From an uncultured Candidatus Binatia bacterium (GTDB lineage Bacteria > Desulfobacterota > Binatia > UBA9968 > JAJDTQ01), in assembly GCA_965242525.1 (NCBI GenBank), contig OZ251459.1:1632001-1696000 (forward strand): 64,000 nucleotides of DNA, given 5' to 3'. Shown piece by piece: positions 8,863 through 23,495 of the stretch (its first letter is position 1; the number at the start of each line of letters is the position of its first letter). The position numbers were made by a program, and so were the translations under genes. The notes below the pieces were generated by a model. It ran no database searches. It was not told the origin of the DNA and worked only from the letters and a program-made list of their open reading frames with translations.

Positions 8863-10629
8863 TCAGGCGTTGATGTCCCGGCGCCAGACGATGGGGTCCA
8901 CCAGCGCGGGCTTGCCGGCCTTGACCTGCTCGATGGCCCGGCGCAGCGCGGGTCCCACCTCCGCGGGGTCTTCGATGGGGCCTTCGGCGTACCAGCCCAT
9001 GCCCCTGGCGATGTGCGCGAAGTCCGGCGGCGGCCCCTCCAGGTCCATGCCGATCCAGGCCCGGGACGGGTCGGTGCCGCGCTGGTGCGCCATGTGGATC
9101 TGGTGCGCCCAGTCGTTGTAGTAGGCCCGGTTGTTGTACATGACCACGAGCATGGGGATGTCGTACTTGACCGGCATCCACAGGGCCCCCAGGTCGAACA
9201 TCAGGTCCCCGTCCGGCTGCAAGTCCACCACCAGCCTCCCCTGCCCCTTGTGGGCCAGAGCCACGCCGATGGACATGCCGATCTGGGTGCCGGTGCCGAG
9301 TTCCCGGCCCGGATGGCGGTAGGGCCGGTCGAAGTTCCAGATCTTCTGCACCCAGTCCTTCAGGGTCCCCGCGGTCAGCACCCAGTCCTCGCCCTCGATC
9401 TCCCGCCACACATCCCATGCCAGCCGGGACTCGGTCATGGGCCGCCGGTCCCTCTCCGCCTGCGCCTGCTCCTGCCACTTCTCCCACTGGCGGTCGTGCT
9501 TCTCCGCCAGGGCGCGCTTGCGCCCCTCGATGCGCTCCCGCAGCGCCGGGTCGGCTTCGACCAGCGCCCGGCACGCCCGGGTGAGCTCGGGAATGGTGAT
9601 GGCGGTGTCCCCCAGGACCCGCAGGTCCCAGTTGTGGTGCTTGTTGTAGTCGGTGGCCCACTTGCTGATCTCCACGTCGGCGAAGCCCGCGTCCACCCAC
9701 TTGCAGTCCGGCGCGGTCACCACCGTGATCTCCCGGGTCCGGGTGTTGAGCCGGTGGGAGCCCCGGGTCCAGTCCACCACGTCCAGGGCCATCACCAGGT
9801 CCACGCCATCGAAGGCGTCCGGGTGGAAGCTCATGCTGAGGGGGTGGCGGTTGGGGAAGCCCAGCCGCTTGCAGATGTCGAACACCGACGCTCCCACGGT
9901 CTCCGCCAGCTCCACCGTGGGACCGAAACCCGTGGGCATGCGCCCGGCGTACTCGGTGAGCAGCAACGGGTTGTCCGCCTGCATCAGCATCTCGGCCGCC
10001 CGGGCCACCGCCGCGGGCTCCGGCGCCATGCGCGACGGCACCTTCACCGCGGAAGCCGGCGGGAGCGCCGCCTCCTCGGTGAGCGGACTCTCCTGCAACG
10101 CCGAGTCGTAGCACAGGTAGATGGGTCCCTGGGGCTCGCTCATCATGATGGAGTAGGCCCGGGCGAAGGAGTCGGGCACGCCGTGGATGCTGCCGGGCTG
10201 GTAGTCCCACTTGGTGAAGTTGCGCACCGCGTCGCCCTGGGCGAAGGCCGTGTGGATCCAGTCGATGAAGGGGCGCCGGTACTTCTCGTCCATGGGGCCG
10301 GTGGCGCCGATGACGAACACCGGACAGCGGTCGATGTAGGCGTAGTAGATGCCCATGGGCGCGTGCAGCAGCCCCACCACGTCGTGCACGATGGCGATCA
10401 TGGGCTTGCCCGACGCCTTGGCGTAGCCGTGGGCGATCTGCACCGCGATCTTCTCGTGGTTGCACAGGAGCATCTCCGGGTCGTTCTCGCCGTAGTTCAC
10501 CAGCGAGTCGTGGAGGCCCCGGTAGCTGGCCCCCGGGTTCAGGGCCACGTAGGGGATGTCGTAGAGCCGGATGAGGTCCACGATCACGTCCGACTGCCAG
10601 CGCTGTTCCGATTTCCTGATTTCCGACAT
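8863..10629 (-). CDS. thiamine pyrophosphate-binding enzyme, tandem paralog
   Basis: Same motifs; collinear with 7025-8809. Confidence 0.88.
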   Translation of the reverse strand: MSEIRKSEQRWQSDVIVDLIRLYDIPYVALNPGASYRGLHDSLVNYGENDPEMLLCNHEKIAVQIAHGYAKASGKPMIAIVHDVVGLLHAPMGIYYAYIDRCPVFVIGATGPMDEKYRRPFIDWIHTAFAQGDAVRNFTKWDYQPGSIHGVPDSFARAYSIMMSEPQGPIYLCYDSALQESPLTEEAALPPASAVKVPSRMAPEPAAVARAAEMLMQADNPLLLTEYAGRMPTGFGPTVELAETVGASVFDICKRLGFPNRHPLSMSFHPDAFDGVDLVMALDVVDWTRGSHRLNTRTREITVVTAPDCKWVDAGFADVEISKWATDYNKHHNWDLRVLGDTAITIPELTRACRALVEADPALRERIEGRKRALAEKHDRQWEKWQEQAQAERDRRPMTESRLAWDVWREIEGEDWVLTAGTLKDWVQKIWNFDRPYRHPGRELGTGTQIGMSIGVALAHKGQGRLVVDLQPDGDLMFDLGALWMPVKYDIPMLVVMYNNRAYYNDWAHQIHMAHQRGTDPSRAWIGMDLEGPPPDFAHIARGMGWYAEGPIEDPAEVGPALRRAIEQVKAGKPALVDPIVWRRDINA

Positions 10630-10693
10630 GGGAGCCTTTCCTGGTTGGACGAAACGGGTCTCACACACATGGAACCGCGGACGCGGCGGGGCT

Positions 10694-12190
10694 TCAAGGC
10701 AGGTCAGTGCCGTGCATGAGGTAGCGGTCCACCTCCCGGGCCGCGCCCCGTCCTTCGTGGATGGCCCACACCACCAGGCTCTGGCCCCGGCGCGCGTCGC
10801 CCGCGGCGAACACGTTCTCCACGTTGGTGACGTACTTGCCGTATTCGGCCCGGGCGTTGGAGCGGGCGTCCCGCTCGACCCCGAGTTGCGCCAGGACCTG
10901 GTCTTCCGGGCCGGAGAACCCCATGGCCAGCAGCACCAGGTCCGCGGGCCATTCCTTCTCCGTGCCTTCCACCGGGCTGAAGGGCGCGCGCTCTCCCGGC
11001 CGGTCCCAGTCCAGGTCGATGGTCCGGAGGGCCTTGACCCGGCCGTGTCCGTCGTCGATGAACTTCACGGTGTTGGTGCAGTAGCGCCTGGGGTCGTCGC
11101 CGAAGCGCGCCTTGCCCTCTTCCTGGCCGTAGTCCAGCTTGTAGACCACCGGCCACTGGGGCCACGGGTTGCCGGGGGCGCGCTCGGGCGGCGGCTTCGG
11201 GATCACGTCGAACTGCCGGATGGTGCGGCACCCGTGGCGCAGGGCCGTGCCCACGCAGTCGGTGCCGGTGTCGCCGCCCCCCAGGACGATGGTGTGCCGG
11301 TCCCGGGCCGAGATGAAGCCGCCGTCCCCATGGCCCGAGTCCAGCAGGCTCCGGGTGTTGGCGTGCAGGAACTCCATGGCGAAGTGGACGCCCCGGAGGT
11401 CCCGGCCCGGAGCGTTCCGCAGGAAGTCGTTGGGCTTGGTGGCGCCGGTGCAGACCACCACCGCGTCGAACTCCCGGGGCAACTCCTCCCCGGGCAGGTC
11501 CTTGCCCACTTCCACCCCGGTCTCGAAGACGACCCCCTCGGCCTCCATCTGCTCCAGACGCCTCCCCACCACCTTCTCCTTGTCGAGCTTCATGTTGGGG
11601 ATGCCGTACATGAGCAGCCCGCCGGGCCGGTCCGACCGTTCATAGACCGTGACCCGGTGTCCGGCGCGGTTGAGCTGGGCGGCGCAGGCCAGGCCCGCGG
11701 GGCCGGAGCCGATGACCGCCACGCGCTTCCCGGTCCGCTCGGGGGGCGGTTCCGGGCGGATCCACCCCTCCTCGAAACCCCGATCGACGATGGCGCATTC
11801 GATGGTCTTGATGGTCACCGGACTGCCGTTGATGCCCAGGACGCAAGAACCCTCGCAGGGCGCCGGACAGACGCGGCCGGTGAACTCGGGGAAGTTGTTG
11901 GTCCGGTGCAACTGGACCAGGGCCTCTTTCCAGTGGTCCCGGTAAACCAGGTCGTTCCAGTCCGGTATGAGGTTGTTCAGCGGACAGCCCGAGGCGCCCG
12001 GGCCTTTGCCCATGGGCGCGCCGGTATGGCAGAAGGGGATGCCGCAGTCCATGCAGCGGGCGCCCTGCTCCCGCAGAGCTTCCGCGGGCATGGGGAGCAC
12101 GAACTCGTTCCAGTCCTCCAGCCGTTCGAGCGGGTCCCGGTACGCGGTCTTGCCCCGCTCGTATTCCATGAATCCCGTGATCTTGCCCAT
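10694..12190 (-). CDS. gltD: glutamate synthase small subunit
   Basis: [52 protein letters not shown]. Confidence 0.96.
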   Translation of the reverse strand: MGKITGFMEYERGKTAYRDPLERLEDWNEFVLPMPAEALREQGARCMDCGIPFCHTGAPMGKGPGASGCPLNNLIPDWNDLVYRDHWKEALVQLHRTNNFPEFTGRVCPAPCEGSCVLGINGSPVTIKTIECAIVDRGFEEGWIRPEPPPERTGKRVAVIGSGPAGLACAAQLNRAGHRVTVYERSDRPGGLLMYGIPNMKLDKEKVVGRRLEQMEAEGVVFETGVEVGKDLPGEELPREFDAVVVCTGATKPNDFLRNAPGRDLRGVHFAMEFLHANTRSLLDSGHGDGGFISARDRHTIVLGGGDTGTDCVGTALRHGCRTIRQFDVIPKPPPERAPGNPWPQWPVVYKLDYGQEEGKARFGDDPRRYCTNTVKFIDDGHGRVKALRTIDLDWDRPGERAPFSPVEGTEKEWPADLVLLAMGFSGPEDQVLAQLGVERDARSNARAEYGKYVTNVENVFAAGDARRGQSLVVWAIHEGRGAAREVDRYLMHGTDLP

Positions 12191-12240
12191 ATGCCCGGAG
12201 CCGTCCCCTCCTTCGGTCCTCGGTCAACCCGTCCGCGGGC

Positions 12241-16812
<4,572 letters not shown>

Positions 16813-16890
16813 GGAGAGAACCCTCTGTACAGGAATACCCGCACGGCCTTCCGGGCGCCCGAAACAAGTCGGATACCACAAAGAGGACCG

Positions 16891-16919
16891 AGTTTCAGTA
16901 GCTGACGCGCTCTTGTCAA
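16891..16919 (-). promoter_or_regulatory. candidate sigma70 promoter of gltBD
   Basis: TTGACA-N17-GAAACT. Confidence 0.4.
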
Positions 16920-17161
16920 GGAAACGCTGCGCGGTCGTCGTCCCGACCGCCGCGCGGATCTCCCGAACGCTCTGAGGCGGGCTCGGCTCGTTCCGCCGAC
17001 TTCGGCCCACGAGTCTAGCAACCTATGGACGCTTCCGCTACGCCCGCCGGGACCCCCGGGCCGCGGGGGCGTTCCCGGACCGCGGTTGCGGGGGCCGAGG
17101 GTCCGGGGGGTCCGGGCGCACCCGGTTCCGAAACCGCCGCGGGTTCGGTATAGAAAGGGGC

Positions 17162-19447
17162 ATGGAGCACCCTTCGATGAAATACGTGGGCCGGTCGGTG
17201 CGCAGCCTCGACGCGGACGAGAAGGTCACGGGAACCGCGGTGTACACCGCGGACCTCACGTTCCCGGGCATGAAGTTCGCCCGGCTCGTGGCGAGTCCCC
17301 ACGCGCACGCGCGCATCGACGGGTTCGACCTGGAAGCCGCGCGCAAGGTCGAAGGCGTGCGCGCCATCGTGACCCACGACAACCTGGACCGGAGCCGGCT
17401 CGGGTGCCTTCGCGCCATCCGGCCCTACGGCCAGGCGGTCAAGGACCGCCCGGTGCTGGCCCACGGCAAGGTGCGGTTCCAGGGCGAGCCGGTGGCCCTG
17501 GTGGTGGCCGACAGCGAGACCGCGGCGGTCGAAGCCGCGGCCCGGACCCGGGTCCGCTACACGCCGCTGCCCCAGGTGGCGGAGACCAGGGCGGCCCTGG
17601 AGGGCGGCGTGCTGGTGCACGACCCGGACGCCGACTACGACCGGGAGGGCGCCGACGACTTCGAGTACGACTACGCGCACAACAACTGCGGCGGCACCCA
17701 TTTCGTCCAAGGCGACCCGGAGCGGGCGTTCCGGGAGAGCGCCCGGGTCATCGAAGACCGCTTCTCCTTCCCGTCCCTGTTCCACTACCCCATGGAGCCC
17801 CATTGCGCGGTGGCGCTGGTGGACCGGGAGTCCGTCACGGTCCATACCTCTTCGCAGGCCCCCTTCCCGGTGCGGGACGAGCTCGCGCGCATGTTCGGAC
17901 TCGACCCGGACCAGGTCGTGGTGAAGGTGCCCTACGTGGGTGGGGGCTTCGGCTCCAAGGGCCACATCAGCGTGGAGCACCTGGCGGTGCTCGCGGCCGC
18001 GGCTTCGGGGGCGCCCGTGCAGCTCCGTCTGTCCATGGAAGAGACCGCCTTCACTGCCCGGCGCCATCCCGCGGAGATCGAGATGCGCACCGGGCTCCGG
18101 GAGGACGGCACGCTGCTGTGCCGTGAGACCCGGATCTACCTGGACACGGGGGCGTACGCCGACTTCGGCATCCAGGTCACCCGCAAGGCCGCGTTCCGGT
18201 CCGTGGGGCCGTACCGGGTGGACCACGCCCGGGCCGACTGCTACTCGGTCTATACCAACAAGGTCCCCGCGGGCGCGTTCCGCGGCATCGGCAGCGTGCA
18301 ACTGGGTTGGGCCTGCGAGGCCCACACCGACCACATCTGTACCGAGCTCGGCTACGACCCTGTGGAGTTCCGCCTGAAGAACCTGCTGCGCTCGGGCGAG
18401 AGGTACGCCCTGGGCGGCCCCCCGCTGGACGGCGACCCCCGCGAAACCCTGCGGACCTGCCTGGACCGCTTCGAGAAGACCCGGCGACGCCGGGACCCCG
18501 AGTCCCTGGGCCGGGACGGGGAGCGCACCGGCGTGGGCGTCGCGTGCAGCATCAAGGACCTGTCCACCACCCAGTACCAGGCCCGGGTGGTCTTCGAGCG
18601 GGACGCCCAATTCACCGTGCACGCCAACGCCCCGGAGATCGGCGGCGGCGCCAGGACCGTGCTGGCCCAGACCGCAGCCGACACCCTCGGTGTGGACCTG
18701 GGCAGGGTCGCCATCGCCCCGTATGACACCAGCACGACGCCCGGGGCCTCCGGCGTCTATGGCAGCCGCATCACCGTGCTCATGGGCAACGCGGTGAAGC
18801 GCGCGTCCGAGGAGTTGCGGGAGGTCCTGCTGGAAAAGGCCGCGGCCCTGTCCGACCGGGACCCCCGGAGCCTTTCCCTGACGGACGACGCGTTCACCAG
18901 CGGCGGAGAGCCGGTGCTGAGCCTGGAGGAGTTGGCCGAAAGCGCCGCGGGCGCGCTGGCGGGCCGGGGCATGGACAAGGCCCTTACCCGTGAGCGCATC
19001 GACATCCGCACCTGGGAGATCAACGCGGGCATGGCGGTGGTGGCGGTGGACCCCGACTCCGGCCGCGTGCGCTGCCTGGGCTACGTGTCCGCGGCCGACG
19101 TGGGACAGGCCATGCACCCGCTCCGGTGCGAGGGGCAGGAGCAGGGTTCGGTGATGTTCGGCATGGGCAACACCCTCACGGAGGAACAGGTGTTCGACGG
19201 CGCCCTCCTGCTGAACCCCAGCGCCATCGACTATGCGCTGCCCCGGTTCGAGGACCTGCCCCCGGTGTTCGACTCGGTGCTGATCGAGAACCGCGACGGC
19301 CCCGGCCCCTTCGGCAGCAAGGGCATGGCCGAGGGCGGCCTGGCGCCGGTGGCCCCGGCCATCGCCGCGGCCTTGCGCCAGGCCGTGGGCGTGGTGGCCC
19401 GGGAACTGCCCATGAGCCCCGAGCGGGTCTATCGGCTGATGAAGTAA
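17162..19447 (+). CDS. xanthine dehydrogenase-family molybdopterin-binding subunit
   Basis: YVGGGFGSK, AFRGIG, GPGPFGSKGMAEG. Confidence 0.9.
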   Translation: MEHPSMKYVGRSVRSLDADEKVTGTAVYTADLTFPGMKFARLVASPHAHARIDGFDLEAARKVEGVRAIVTHDNLDRSRLGCLRAIRPYGQAVKDRPVLAHGKVRFQGEPVALVVADSETAAVEAAARTRVRYTPLPQVAETRAALEGGVLVHDPDADYDREGADDFEYDYAHNNCGGTHFVQGDPERAFRESARVIEDRFSFPSLFHYPMEPHCAVALVDRESVTVHTSSQAPFPVRDELARMFGLDPDQVVVKVPYVGGGFGSKGHISVEHLAVLAAAASGAPVQLRLSMEETAFTARRHPAEIEMRTGLREDGTLLCRETRIYLDTGAYADFGIQVTRKAAFRSVGPYRVDHARADCYSVYTNKVPAGAFRGIGSVQLGWACEAHTDHICTELGYDPVEFRLKNLLRSGERYALGGPPLDGDPRETLRTCLDRFEKTRRRRDPESLGRDGERTGVGVACSIKDLSTTQYQARVVFERDAQFTVHANAPEIGGGARTVLAQTAADTLGVDLGRVAIAPYDTSTTPGASGVYGSRITVLMGNAVKRASEELREVLLEKAAALSDRDPRSLSLTDDAFTSGGEPVLSLEELAESAAGALAGRGMDKALTRERIDIRTWEINAGMAVVAVDPDSGRVRCLGYVSAADVGQAMHPLRCEGQEQGSVMFGMGNTLTEEQVFDGALLLNPSAIDYALPRFEDLPPVFDSVLIENRDGPGPFGSKGMAEGGLAPVAPAIAAALRQAVGVVARELPMSPERVYRLMK

Positions 19448-19489
19448 CGCCGCATCCTGCGGCCGGACCCAAGCGCGGACGCCCGCACC

Positions 19490-19748
19490 GTCATTCCCGC
19501 GAAAGCATGTCCTCGCGGAAGCGGGGGCGGGAATCCATTTTCATCGACCTTCTCAATCCTCTTATACGGGGCGCCACGGGGTTTGCTCGCAAGGATGGAA
19601 ACACAGGGGGTTTTCATAGGAGTCTATGGATTCCCGCTTTCGCGGGAATGACGAGAGTGGGGCCTTTGCGGGAATGACGGCGTGGGCTTTCGCGGGGATG
19701 AGGAAAGTGGGGCCTTGCGGGGATGTTGGGGCGGGCGTTCGCGGGTAT
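19490..19748. repeat. REP2 cluster with decaying tandem TTTCGCGGGAATGACG units
   Basis: GTCATTCCCGCGAAAGCATGTCCTCGCGGAAGCGGGGGCGGGAATCCA...TGGATTCCCGCTTTCGCGGGAATGACG. Confidence 0.85.
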
Positions 19749-19832
19749 TCGGATGGTGGGGAGGGTCACTACCCACATGCAAGCCTGAAGCGCCCATCTT
19801 CCTTAGTGGCGGACCCGGGACAACGCCGCCGT

Positions 19833-19861
19833 TTGGCGTTCTTGCAAAGAACCGCTAAAAT
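19833..19861 (+). promoter_or_regulatory. candidate sigma70 promoter, leaderless mRNA
   Basis: TTGGCG-N17-TAAAAT ending 6 nt before ATG 19868; no SD sequence. Confidence 0.5.
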
Positions 19862-19867
19862 GGCGGC

Positions 19868-20059
19868 ATGGCTCAACCACGAACCACGTTCGCCAAGCGG
19901 CAGCGCGAACGCGCGAAACAGGAGAAGAAAGAGGAGAAGGCCAAGCGGCGGGCCGAACGCAGGGAAGCGCGGCAAGGCCGGCCGGAGCGCGGCGACGAAG
20001 ACCCGGACATCGCCGACATCGTTCCCGGTCCGCAACCCCGTCCCGACGACGACTTCTGA
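19868..20059 (+). CDS. small charged protein (63 aa)
   Basis: MAQPRTTFAKRQRERAKQEKK...DPDIADIVPGPQP; basic N-terminus, acidic tail, promoter directly upstream. Confidence 0.7.
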   Translation: MAQPRTTFAKRQRERAKQEKKEEKAKRRAERREARQGRPERGDEDPDIADIVPGPQPRPDDDF

Positions 20060-20319
20060 GTCCTGCGCCCCGCATGCAGTGGCCGACGCGCGATCCTCTC
20101 AACCGCCTCCCTTGCCCGTGGAGGCGCCGGGAACCGGTGCGGTTGCAGACCGCGCCCGCCATGGACGTTCCCGTCGAAGCATCCCGTCCCCCCTCATGGC
20201 CGCGAGCCGCGCTGACGAAGCACGCTGACGAAAGATGACGTCCGCGGAGGCCGCAGCGCCCCGGGCAAGGCAATCCAACCCTCTCATCACGGAAGACATC
20301 CGGCAAGGAACATCCATTC

Positions 20320-21606
20320 ATGCCCACACCAGACACTTTCGAATCCTTCGGTCTATCCGATCCGCTGCTCGACGACTTGGCCCGGATCGGTTTCGTCACT
20401 CCCACCCCCATCCAGGCAAAGGCCATCGCCCCGGCCCTGCAGGGCCGCGACATACTCGGCTGCGCCCAGACCGGAACCGGCAAGACCGCTGCCTTCGTGG
20501 TCCCCATGGTGGAGCGGCTCGCAGGCTCCCCCGAAGGGCCGCCCCGGGGCCTGGTCCTGGCCCCCACCCGTGAACTGGCGTTCCAGATCCAGGAGACCAT
20601 CGACCAGCTCGGCCGCTCGTCGCGGGTGTACGCCACCACTGTGGTGGGGGGCGCCGACATGCAGGCGCAGGTCCGGGGCCTCGGGCAGCGCCCGGAGATC
20701 ATCGTGGCCACCCCCGGCCGCCTGCTGGACCTCATGTGGCACGGCGCCGCGGACCTCCGGGACGTGGAGGTGGTGGTGCTGGACGAAGCCGACCGCATGC
20801 TCGACATGGGGTTCGCGGATCAACTGAACCAGGTCATCGACGCCCTGCCCCCCGAGCGGCAGAGCTTCCTCTATTCGGCGACGCTGGCCACGGACCTGCG
20901 CGAGCTCGCGCGCATGTCCCTGCGCGACCCGTTCCACGCGGTGGTGGCCAAGCCGGCCACTCCCGCGGACGGCGTGACCCACACGCTCCACGACACCACG
21001 CCCGGGGCCAAGACGCCGCTGCTGCTGTCGCTGCTGGAGGAAGACCGGGAGTCGGTGCTGGTCTTCACCCGCACCAAGAGCCGGGCGGACCTCATCGGGG
21101 AGACCTTGCGGCGCAGCGGCCATCGAGCCGCGGCCATCCACGGGGACCTGTCGCTGGAGCGCCGCCGGTCCGCGCTGGAGGGGTTCCGGCGGGGCCGCTA
21201 CAAGATCCTGGTGGCCACGGACATCGCCGCCAGGGGCCTGGACATCGACCACATTGGCCACGTGATCAACTACGACCTCCCCTACACGCCGGAAGACTAC
21301 GTCCACCGCATCGGCCGCACCGCGCGGATGGCCGCGGTGGGCCGGGCCACGAGCTTCGCCACGGACGCGGACGCCCGCTCGGTGGAGGCCATCGAGACCA
21401 TGCTGGGGCGTTCCATCCCGCGGCCTTCGACCCCCCGGCCGGGCAAGAAGCGGCGCACGGGCGCGGACGCGCCGGAACCGCAGAGCGCGCGCTCGGCCAA
21501 CAAGCGCCGGCGGGCCAGGAAGCGGCCCGGCCAGCCGGGCCGACGCCCCGAGCGCCACGCGGAACCGGCATCGAGACAGGCCGCGCCGGTGGTCGAGCAG
21601 CCCTGA
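20320..21606 (+). CDS. DEAD-box RNA helicase (RhlE-like)
   Basis: Q motif, [38 protein letters not shown]. Confidence 0.95.
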   Translation: MPTPDTFESFGLSDPLLDDLARIGFVTPTPIQAKAIAPALQGRDILGCAQTGTGKTAAFVVPMVERLAGSPEGPPRGLVLAPTRELAFQIQETIDQLGRSSRVYATTVVGGADMQAQVRGLGQRPEIIVATPGRLLDLMWHGAADLRDVEVVVLDEADRMLDMGFADQLNQVIDALPPERQSFLYSATLATDLRELARMSLRDPFHAVVAKPATPADGVTHTLHDTTPGAKTPLLLSLLEEDRESVLVFTRTKSRADLIGETLRRSGHRAAAIHGDLSLERRRSALEGFRRGRYKILVATDIAARGLDIDHIGHVINYDLPYTPEDYVHRIGRTARMAAVGRATSFATDADARSVEAIETMLGRSIPRPSTPRPGKKRRTGADAPEPQSARSANKRRRARKRPGQPGRRPERHAEPASRQAAPVVEQP

Positions 21607-21667
21607 CCCCGGGGCTTCCGGGACGATCGACCCCCGCGAGGGTTCCCCGCCCCTTCACGAGGAGACC

Positions 21668-22162
21668 ATGGAACACGCCGCAACGCCCATCAACGTCACC
21701 GTGAACGGAAAGGTCCACGCGGCCCGGGTGGAGCCGCGGCTTTTGCTCATCGACTTCCTGCGCGAGGACCTCGGACTGACCGGCTCCCACGTGGGCTGCG
21801 ACACCAGCCAGTGCGGCGCGTGCACGGTCCACCTGGACGGCGCCGCGGTGAAGTCCTGCACCGTGCTGGCGGTGCAGGCCGACGGCGCAGCCGTCACCAC
21901 CATCGAAGGGCTGGCGGACGGCGCGACCCTCCACCCCGTGCAGCAGGCGTTCCAGGAACAGCACGGGCTCCAGTGCGGCTTCTGCACCCCCGGCATGGTG
22001 ATGACCGCGGTCCACCTGCTGGAGACGAACCCGGACCCCGGCGACGACGACATCGCCCACGCCCTGGAAGGGAACCTGTGCCGCTGCACGGGCTACGTGA
22101 ACATCGTCAAGGCCATCCGTTGGGCCGCGGCGCAGGAGAGGGAACGTCATGCATCCCGCTAG
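21668..22162 (+). CDS. CoxS/CutS-like 2Fe-2S subunit
   Basis: [25 protein letters not shown]. Confidence 0.93.
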   Translation: MEHAATPINVTVNGKVHAARVEPRLLLIDFLREDLGLTGSHVGCDTSQCGACTVHLDGAAVKSCTVLAVQADGAAVTTIEGLADGATLHPVQQAFQEQHGLQCGFCTPGMVMTAVHLLETNPDPGDDDIAHALEGNLCRCTGYVNIVKAIRWAAAQERERHASR

Positions 22163-23018
22163 GTTCGGATACCACGCGCCCGGGTCCCTGGAAGAGGCGT
22201 TCGACCTGTTGGAGCAACACGGAGAGGACGCCAAGGTCCTGGCCGGGGGGCACAGCCTGCTCCCGGCCATGAAGCTCCGGCTGACCCAACCCGACTACCT
22301 CATCGACCTGCGCCGGATACCGGACCTGAGCGGCATCCGGACGGACCGCGGCGCCCTGGCAGTGGGCGCCCTCACCACCCACACCCGGGTGGCTGCGTCG
22401 GAAACCGTGCGGCGCGCGGTTCCGGGACTGGCCGACACGGCCGCGGTCATCGGCGACTTGCAGGTGCGGAACCGGGGCACCATGGGAGGGAGCGTCGCCC
22501 ATGCCGACCCGGCCGCGGACCTGCCGGTGACCCTCACCGCCCTGGACGCCGCCTTCGTCCTCGCCTCCCGGGCGGGCGAGCGCGTGGTGTCCGCGGACGA
22601 CTTCTTCGTGGACTTCTTCACCACCGCCCTGGATCCTCACGAGATCCTCACGGAGATACGCATCCCGACGCCGCCTGCGGGCGCGGGAACGAGCTACGCC
22701 AAGCTGCCCCACCCGGCTTCCGGGTACGTGGTGGTGAGCGCGGCCGCGGCCCTGCGGGTGGACGGGAACGGCGTCTGCTCCGAGGCCCGGGTGGTGCTGG
22801 GCGGCGTGGCCGGCACGCCCCGGCGAGCCGCGGCAACGGAAGCCGCCATCCTGGGACGGGAGCTGACGCGGGAAACCGCGGCCGCGGCTGCGGCCCGGGC
22901 CGCGGACGACATCGACCCCCACGCCGATTCCTACGCCGACGAGGAGTACAAGCGCCACATGGCGGTGGTGTACGCCGGCCGCGCCATTGAAGCCGCGGCC
23001 GGACGGATCCAGGGATAG
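22149..23018 (+). CDS. CoxM/CutM-like FAD subunit
   Basis: [26 protein letters not shown]. Confidence 0.93.
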   Translation: MHPARFGYHAPGSLEEAFDLLEQHGEDAKVLAGGHSLLPAMKLRLTQPDYLIDLRRIPDLSGIRTDRGALAVGALTTHTRVAASETVRRAVPGLADTAAVIGDLQVRNRGTMGGSVAHADPAADLPVTLTALDAAFVLASRAGERVVSADDFFVDFFTTALDPHEILTEIRIPTPPAGAGTSYAKLPHPASGYVVVSAAAALRVDGNGVCSEARVVLGGVAGTPRRAAATEAAILGRELTRETAAAAAARAADDIDPHADSYADEEYKRHMAVVYAGRAIEAAAGRIQG

Positions 23019-23033
23019 GGTCATGGGAACCCC

Positions 23034-23176
23034 ATGGGAAAGCGCGTCCTTCGACTTCGCTTCGCTACGCTCAGGACGAACGGGCCGTTCGTATCGCTGC
23101 GCTCAGGACGAATGGGGGGCTTTGCTTCGCGATCCGATTCCCTCCCCCTTGAGGGGGAAGGTCAGGGAGGAGGGGC
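23034..23176. repeat. REP1 units plus a third hairpin type (CCCTCCCCCTTGAGGGGGAAGG)
   Basis: Seen directly between coxM and coxL. Confidence 0.8.
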
Positions 23177-23194
23177 TCGCACCGACGGACTCGG

Positions 23195-23359
23195 GGAACC
23201 TCTGAACAATCGAGACATCCGGGATGGATTCCCTCACCCTGAGACCTATATCCGTTCGTCCTGAGCGTAGCGAAGCGAAGTCCCCCGTTCATCCTGAGCG
23301 TAGCGAAGCGAAGTCGAAGGACGCACTCATGCCCCCTGTCCCGATTTTTCAGAGGTTCC
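23195..23359 (+). mobile_element. MITE copy (165 bp, one extra 33-bp REP unit)
   Basis: Both TIRs present; duplicated CCGTTCRTCCTGAGCGTAGCGAAGCGAAGTC. Confidence 0.88.
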
Positions 23360-23495
23360 TCATGGCGAACGGAGACGGTTCTTCCGAGTTTCCTCCACCG
23401 GGAAGCGACCCGAGGGCGGGCGGCTCGTCCGCGGCGCGGCTCCCTGTCGAGGGGAGCCACTGTCTCCGCGGTCGCAAACCTTCGAGGGATGATCC

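Noticed and set aside
7025-10465. 1146-aa ORF
   Set aside because: The N-terminal half is an off-frame read of the upstream paralog; the real gene starts at 8809.
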